Source: Candidatus Omnitrophota bacterium (lineage in GTDB: Bacteria; Omnitrophota; Gorgyraeia; Gygaellales; Profunditerraquicolaceae). From it: a DNA stretch of 64,000 nt. The notes under the pieces were generated by a model. The model did not search any database. It saw only the letters and a list, made by a program, of their open reading frames with translations, and was not told the origin of the DNA. Positions 59,533-64,000 of this stretch are shown here, in pieces. The position numbers and the translations under genes are program-made. How positions within the stretch are numbered: position 1 is the first letter of the stretch; each line of letters begins with the position of its first letter. The DNA lies in NCBI GenBank assembly GCA_043800555.1, contig JAZDMX010000008.1:5340-69339 (forward strand). The letters run 5' to 3'.

Positions 59533-60717
59533 TTATGCTATTTTATCCTTAACCAGCAATGCCTGCTTTAACGCTTTTACGTCATGGGCGCGTAAGATAT
59601 TGGCTCCGTTTTCAGCGGCGATAACGCAGGAGGCAATTGTCCCAAAAAGCCTCTCTCCTGCGGGGGCATTTAGAATTCCGCCAATAAAAGATTTTCGCGA
59701 AGGCCCGGCCAAAATCGGCCTGCCCAGAGTTTTAAACTCTTTTAACCGGCGGACAATCTCCAGGTTATTTTCTAAAGTTTTCCCGAAGCCTATCCCCGGG
59801 TCAATGATGATTTTTTCTCTGGCTATACCGAAAGCCACCCCTTTATTTACGGCTGCTGACAGATACGCGGTTATCTCGTCGATTAAAGATATGTATCCCG
59901 GGTTCTTTTGCATTGAACGCGGCCAGCCGCGCATATGCATTATAACTACCCCGGCTTTGTAACGGCTGATGATTTTGGCCATTTCAACGTTCCTTAAGGC
60001 GGTAATATCGTTGACCAGGCTTGCGCCGTTATCCAAAGCCTGCTTAGCCACTTCCGGTTTATAGGTATCCACGGATAGCGGGGCTTTAATTCTTTTGGAT
60101 AAAGCTTTTACCACCGGGATTACCCGGGAGAGTTCTTCTTTCAGGGAAACCGGCCTTGCCCCGGGGCGGGTTGATTCTCCTCCGAGATCAAGGATATCCG
60201 CTCCGTCTTTCTCCATCTCTTGGGCCAAACCGGCAATCTCATCAACCGAACGCAAAGACAGCCCGTCGCCGCTAAAGGAATCCGGGGTAACATTTATAAT
60301 CCCCATAATATAGGAACGCGAACCAAAGTTGAATTTGTGTTTTCCGATAGCCAAAACGGGATTGTCATTCCGGAAGTTTTTCAAGGCAGATTTTAACTCT
60401 TGGGCCATTCTATCCAACCCAAACGGCTGCTTATGCAATTTATTAGCCAGCCTTGCGAATTGGGAAAGGTTTCCCATGATAAGGCAGCCGGTTTTTTTAG
60501 CTTTACCGGTCAGGCAGTCACGGCTAAGCGCCGCATCTGCCCCCAAAGAGAGCATCTCCTGCTTTAAAATATTAGCCGAAACGTTACTTAAAGAATCGAC
60601 TTTAAGAAGATAGCTTTGGGCTTTAGGCAACATGATCTTTATGCCGCAGGAATCGACATTAATTTCCCGCATCAGTTGCTTCAGGCTTTTTTCTTTAGAT
60701 ATGCTTAAAATACGCAT
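59533..60717 (-). CDS. folP: Dihydropteroate synthase with N-terminal extension
   Basis: MGIINVTPDSFS, GGESTRPG, IDPGIGFGK, SRKSF, RAHDV. Confidence 0.96.
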   Translation of the reverse strand: MRILSISKEKSLKQLMREINVDSCGIKIMLPKAQSYLLKVDSLSNVSANILKQEMLSLGADAALSRDCLTGKAKKTGCLIMGNLSQFARLANKLHKQPFGLDRMAQELKSALKNFRNDNPVLAIGKHKFNFGSRSYIMGIINVTPDSFSGDGLSLRSVDEIAGLAQEMEKDGADILDLGGESTRPGARPVSLKEELSRVIPVVKALSKRIKAPLSVDTYKPEVAKQALDNGASLVNDITALRNVEMAKIISRYKAGVVIMHMRGWPRSMQKNPGYISLIDEITAYLSAAVNKGVAFGIAREKIIIDPGIGFGKTLENNLEIVRRLKEFKTLGRPILAGPSRKSFIGGILNAPAGERLFGTIASCVIAAENGANILRAHDVKALKQALLVKDKIA

Positions 60718-60724
60718 AATAAGA

Positions 60725-62557
60725 TTATGAGGCGGGGTCTGATTTCTGTATGCCTAACAGAAGCTTGACCTCTTCTGCGCTCATTACTTCCTTATCGATA
60801 AGGGCTTCGGACAATGTTTTTAATTTATCCAGGTTTTTCCCCAGCAGGCTTTTCGCCATTACGTAGGCGTCTTCGACTATCCTCCTTACCTCTTCGTCGA
60901 TTAATCGCGCGGTCTCTTCGCTGTAATTTCTTTCTTCCATAATGTCTTTACCCAAAAAGACCAGGCCTTCCCTGCGGCCCAGGGTGATATTGCCTAATTT
61001 ATCCGACATCCCGAATTGAGTAACCATGCGCCTGGCCATGCCGGTAGCCATCTCAAGGTCGTTTTGCGCGCCGGTAGTTACTTCGGAAAGGTTAAGCTCT
61101 TCGGAAGCGCGCCCTCCCAGCATCATGGCTATCTCGGCGCTTAATTCCCTTTTTGTCCAATAGTGCCTGTCTTCCAACGGAGGAGTAAATGTATAACCTC
61201 CGGCAAGCCCTCGGGGGATAATCGAAACCTTCTTTAGGGGGTTAACTTCAGGCAATAATAAAGATAACAGGGCGTGCCCTGATTCATGCAAGGCGGTGAT
61301 CTGTTTTTCTTTCTTCGATATAATATGGCTCTTTTTTTCCGGCCCCATAAGCACTCTCTCGACGGATTTATCCAGGTCGGTTTCCTCGACCACTTCTTTT
61401 CCGTTCCTGGCAGCAAGGAGCGCGGCTTCATTACAAAGGTTTGCCAGGTCCGCTCCCGAGAAACCCGGGGTCTGCGAAGCGATTGACTTCAAATCGACGG
61501 AGGCGGCAAGCTTGATTTTACGCGTATGGACCTTAAGGATTTCTTCCCTGCCTTTAATATCCGGCAGGTTGACGATAATGTTGCGGTCAAACCTTCCGGG
61601 GCGCAAAAGCGCGGGGTCTAATGTATCCGGCCGGTTAGTCGCGGCGATAAGGATTAACCCTTTCAGGGAATCGAAACCGTCCATTTCAACCAAAAGCGCG
61701 TTTAAGGTCTGTTCGCGCTCGTCATGGCCACCGCCGATGCCTGAAAAACGCAGGCGGCCGACGGCATCTATTTCATCAATGAAAATAATCGCGCCTTTTC
61801 CGGATACCTTCGCGGCGCGCCTTCCTTGCTCAAAGAGGTCTCTTACGCGGCTGGCTCCCACGCCGACGAACATCTCGACAAAATCCGATCCGCTGATAGA
61901 GAAAAAAGGCACGCCCGCTTCCCCGGCAACCGCCTTGGCAATCAATGTCTTTCCGCAGCCCGGAGGGCCGACCAGTAAAACCCCTTTGGGTATTTTGCCG
62001 CCGAGCTTCTGAAACCTTTTCGGGTCCTTCAAGAATTCGATTACCTCTTTAAGCTCTTCCTTGGCTTCCTCTACCCCGGCCACGTCGTTAAAGGTTACTT
62101 TCTCGATCCCGCTATGCACTTTGGGGACGGCTTTTCCAAAAGTCATGATTTTATTCCCTAACTGCTCTCCCCGGGCGGCCATCATCCACCAGAAAAATAT
62201 CAAAAGCAGTATCGGGCCCAGGTTAAAAAGCAACGAAGACCAGAACGTGCGCGGCGGTTTTACGTCGAACGCCCGGACATTCTGGCGTAAAAGATTAAGC
62301 AACTCCGGGTCGTTATCAGGTATGTTTACCAGGAATTTAGAGTTATCCGTAAATTCCCCCTGCAAAAGGGTTTCCATCTTGACTACCGATTTTATCCTAT
62401 CCGGGTTATTCTTCAGGGTAGAGTAAAAACTGCCGTAGGTGATCTCTTTAGGCAACCCATTCATCGGGATGTTGATGGAATTCAAAATTATAAAAACCAG
62501 GATAATCCCGATTATCCAGCCAAACGGTGAACGCTTAAGCACATTTTTCTTTGCCAT
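60725..62557 (-). CDS. ftsH: ATP-dependent zinc protease FtsH
   Basis: Two TMs, [26 protein letters not shown]; start may be 62557 or 62578. Confidence 0.98.
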   Translation of the reverse strand: MAKKNVLKRSPFGWIIGIILVFIILNSINIPMNGLPKEITYGSFYSTLKNNPDRIKSVVKMETLLQGEFTDNSKFLVNIPDNDPELLNLLRQNVRAFDVKPPRTFWSSLLFNLGPILLLIFFWWMMAARGEQLGNKIMTFGKAVPKVHSGIEKVTFNDVAGVEEAKEELKEVIEFLKDPKRFQKLGGKIPKGVLLVGPPGCGKTLIAKAVAGEAGVPFFSISGSDFVEMFVGVGASRVRDLFEQGRRAAKVSGKGAIIFIDEIDAVGRLRFSGIGGGHDEREQTLNALLVEMDGFDSLKGLILIAATNRPDTLDPALLRPGRFDRNIIVNLPDIKGREEILKVHTRKIKLAASVDLKSIASQTPGFSGADLANLCNEAALLAARNGKEVVEETDLDKSVERVLMGPEKKSHIISKKEKQITALHESGHALLSLLLPEVNPLKKVSIIPRGLAGGYTFTPPLEDRHYWTKRELSAEIAMMLGGRASEELNLSEVTTGAQNDLEMATGMARRMVTQFGMSDKLGNITLGRREGLVFLGKDIMEERNYSEETARLIDEEVRRIVEDAYVMAKSLLGKNLDKLKTLSEALIDKEVMSAEEVKLLLGIQKSDPAS

Positions 62558-62596
62558 TATTTTACCTTTCTGCTGCAAGAGTTTTTAAGAACTATA

Positions 62597-62625
62597 ATTA
62601 TAACTTTAACTAGCCGCAAAAGCAA
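62597..62625 (-). promoter_or_regulatory. Putative sigma70 promoter of the ftsH operon
   Basis: TTGCTT-17 nt-TATAAT. Confidence 0.6.
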
Positions 62626-62653
62626 GTATTTTATGGAGTTACGACATGTAAGA

Positions 62654-62720
62654 CGAAAAGGGGGACGTTTCTACTTTTCTTAAACCTGATTACGGAAAAG
62701 TAGAAACGTCCCCCTTTTCG
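62654..62720. repeat. REP-like palindrome, locus 4
   Basis: cgaaaagggggacgtttctacttttc-ttaaacctgattacg-gaaaagtagaaacgtcccccttttcg. Confidence 0.9.
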
Positions 62721-62735
62721 GAAACGCCACTCTTT

Positions 62736-63704
62736 TCATTGCCTGCGGTAGAAGATAACGGCCTTTTTATTTTTGACAACGGATATGCCTTTAGGCAAAT
62801 CAACTATGGAATTGTCCGGGCGGTTGGCTATTAAATCCTCAATTTCGTTTATGTGAGTAAAGCTTATGCGCCGGGCCGAACCCTGCAGCTTAAAGATATT
62901 TAAGCGCAACACCATCCGCTGCATTGCCGGGTGGAGTTTCGCGTAATCCGCCAGCTTGACCCTTCCTCTTTTGCCCTTGATTTCACGCAAGGCCGATTGG
63001 GCCAAGTAATCGTAATCCAAAGCGGCGCCTTCAGACATATTGCTTAAAATATCTTTGATCTTCGGATTGTATTCTTTTTCAAGCAAGGGGATCAAACGGT
63101 TACGCAGCCTGTTTCGCAGGAAAATATCTTCTTGATTGGTTTTATCGATGCGGAATTTTATCTTTTTTTGTTTCAGGAAGGATTCGATTTCCCGGCGGCG
63201 GGTCCGGATTAACGGCCGGATAACCTTATAACCGCGGAATTCCCTCTTGGGGAGAATAGCGGATAAGCCATATAGGCCGGAGCCCCTTAAAATGCGCATA
63301 AGGACCGTCTCGGCCTGGTCATCGAGGTTGTGGGCCAGGGCTATTTTTCCGGCCTTTATTTTTTTAGCGGCCTTAAACAGGAATTCCAAACGCGCGTTCC
63401 TGGCAATTTCTTCCAGGCTGCCTTTGGGGCGGCTCCTTTTTAAATCCGCCTTGCCGATAGTAACCGGTATGCCTAATTTTAAACCCAATGACCTTACGAA
63501 TTCCGCATCTTTGAAAGAGTCCTTACGCAACATATGGTCGAAGTGGGCAATCTGCAACCTGAACCCCAAAATACCGCTTAATGAGTTAAGCAAATAAAGC
63601 AAGCTAACGGAATCCGGCCCGCCGGATACCCCGATCAGCACCAGGTCCCCTCTACTAATTAATTTATATTTCTTAATCGCCTCTTTTACCTTCTCCAGTA
63701 TCAT
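62736..63704 (-). CDS. tilS: tRNA(Ile)-lysidine synthase
   Basis: VSGGPDS, HFDHMLR, AHNLDDQAET, IRPL, RNRLR. Confidence 0.97.
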   Translation of the reverse strand: MILEKVKEAIKKYKLISRGDLVLIGVSGGPDSVSLLYLLNSLSGILGFRLQIAHFDHMLRKDSFKDAEFVRSLGLKLGIPVTIGKADLKRSRPKGSLEEIARNARLEFLFKAAKKIKAGKIALAHNLDDQAETVLMRILRGSGLYGLSAILPKREFRGYKVIRPLIRTRRREIESFLKQKKIKFRIDKTNQEDIFLRNRLRNRLIPLLEKEYNPKIKDILSNMSEGAALDYDYLAQSALREIKGKRGRVKLADYAKLHPAMQRMVLRLNIFKLQGSARRISFTHINEIEDLIANRPDNSIVDLPKGISVVKNKKAVIFYRRQ

Positions 63705-63735
63705 CTTAGCTATTATATTACCATAATTAATCCAT

Positions 63736-63838
63736 AAAAAAAAGGGGGACGTTTCTACTTTTCTAGCTTTAGGCGCGGGAAAAGTAGAAACGTCCCCCTT
63801 TTTCAGGCGCGGGAAAAGTAGAAACGTCCCCCTTTTTC
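63736..63838. repeat. REP-like palindrome, locus 5 (two arms plus a duplicated right half)
   Basis: aaaaagggggacgtttctacttttc-tagctttaggcgcgg-gaaaagtagaaacgtcccccttttt, then aggcgcgggaaaagtagaaacgtcccccttttt again. Confidence 0.9.
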
Positions 63839-63860
63839 TTTCGTCCTTTTTTTCGGGAGC

Positions 63861-64000
63861 TTATCTGCCGATGAAGATCTCTTTTAGTTGCTGGGGGGAC
63901 TCTTTTGATTCAAGGACTATGAGGATGTCTTTCAGGGCTGGCTCGGTCAGCAGGCTGCGCTCTTCTTCCAGCTTTAGGATATCGGCAATGCAGGAGACAA
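63861..64000 (-). CDS. 3' end of an unidentified gene entering from the right edge
   Basis: Open frame ..VSCIADILKLEEERSLLTEPALKDILIVLESKESPQQLKEIFIGR*. Confidence 0.5.
   Translation of the reverse strand, partial: VSCIADILKLEEERSLLTEPALKDILIVLESKESPQQLKEIFIGR

Noticed and set aside
62578-62736. hpt missing from the usual tilS-hpt-ftsH order, with a repeat in its place
   Set aside because: No hpt remnant is visible and this gene order varies widely, so nothing ties the repeat to a loss.

Overview
Bacterial chromosome segment in which every credible gene lies on the minus strand. Gene content and order suggest a diderm PVC-type (Omnitrophota-like) organism; this is inference only. The right part (36-64 kb) is housekeeping: tilS, ftsH, folP, cdaA, pdxJ, acpS, nnrD, tRNA-Thr/Tyr/Gly, a PAS kinase and receiver, thyA, three PilZ genes, gpsA, tRNA-Pro, hom-thrC-coaB-apgM-lysC-cimA, valS, nadC, uvrB, coaX and CIRCE-controlled groES/groEL. 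The middle (10-36 kb) is a Wzx/Wzy surface-polysaccharide locus with an export module and an AT-rich, partly decayed glycosyltransferase block. The left end holds guaB, guaA, dnaE and a signal-peptide RHS/YD-repeat gene that runs off the window and is absent from the ORF track. Most notable: three unrelated type IV toxin-antitoxin (AbiEi/AbiEii-type) pairs bracket the glycan block. Each is a promoter-bearing, integrase-free cassette bounded by duplicated, allele-diverged copies of a host gene 3' end (three 83-94 bp copies at 25894, 28087 and 29682; a 32 bp pair at 11861 and 13631). In two cassettes the junction coincides with the toxin stop codon. Also seen: a five-locus REP-like palindrome family, an O-antigen-ligase-like protein with rearranged motif order, an unannotated 45-aa CdaR-like membrane peptide, and single-base frameshifts in valS and cimA that are probably assembly errors.
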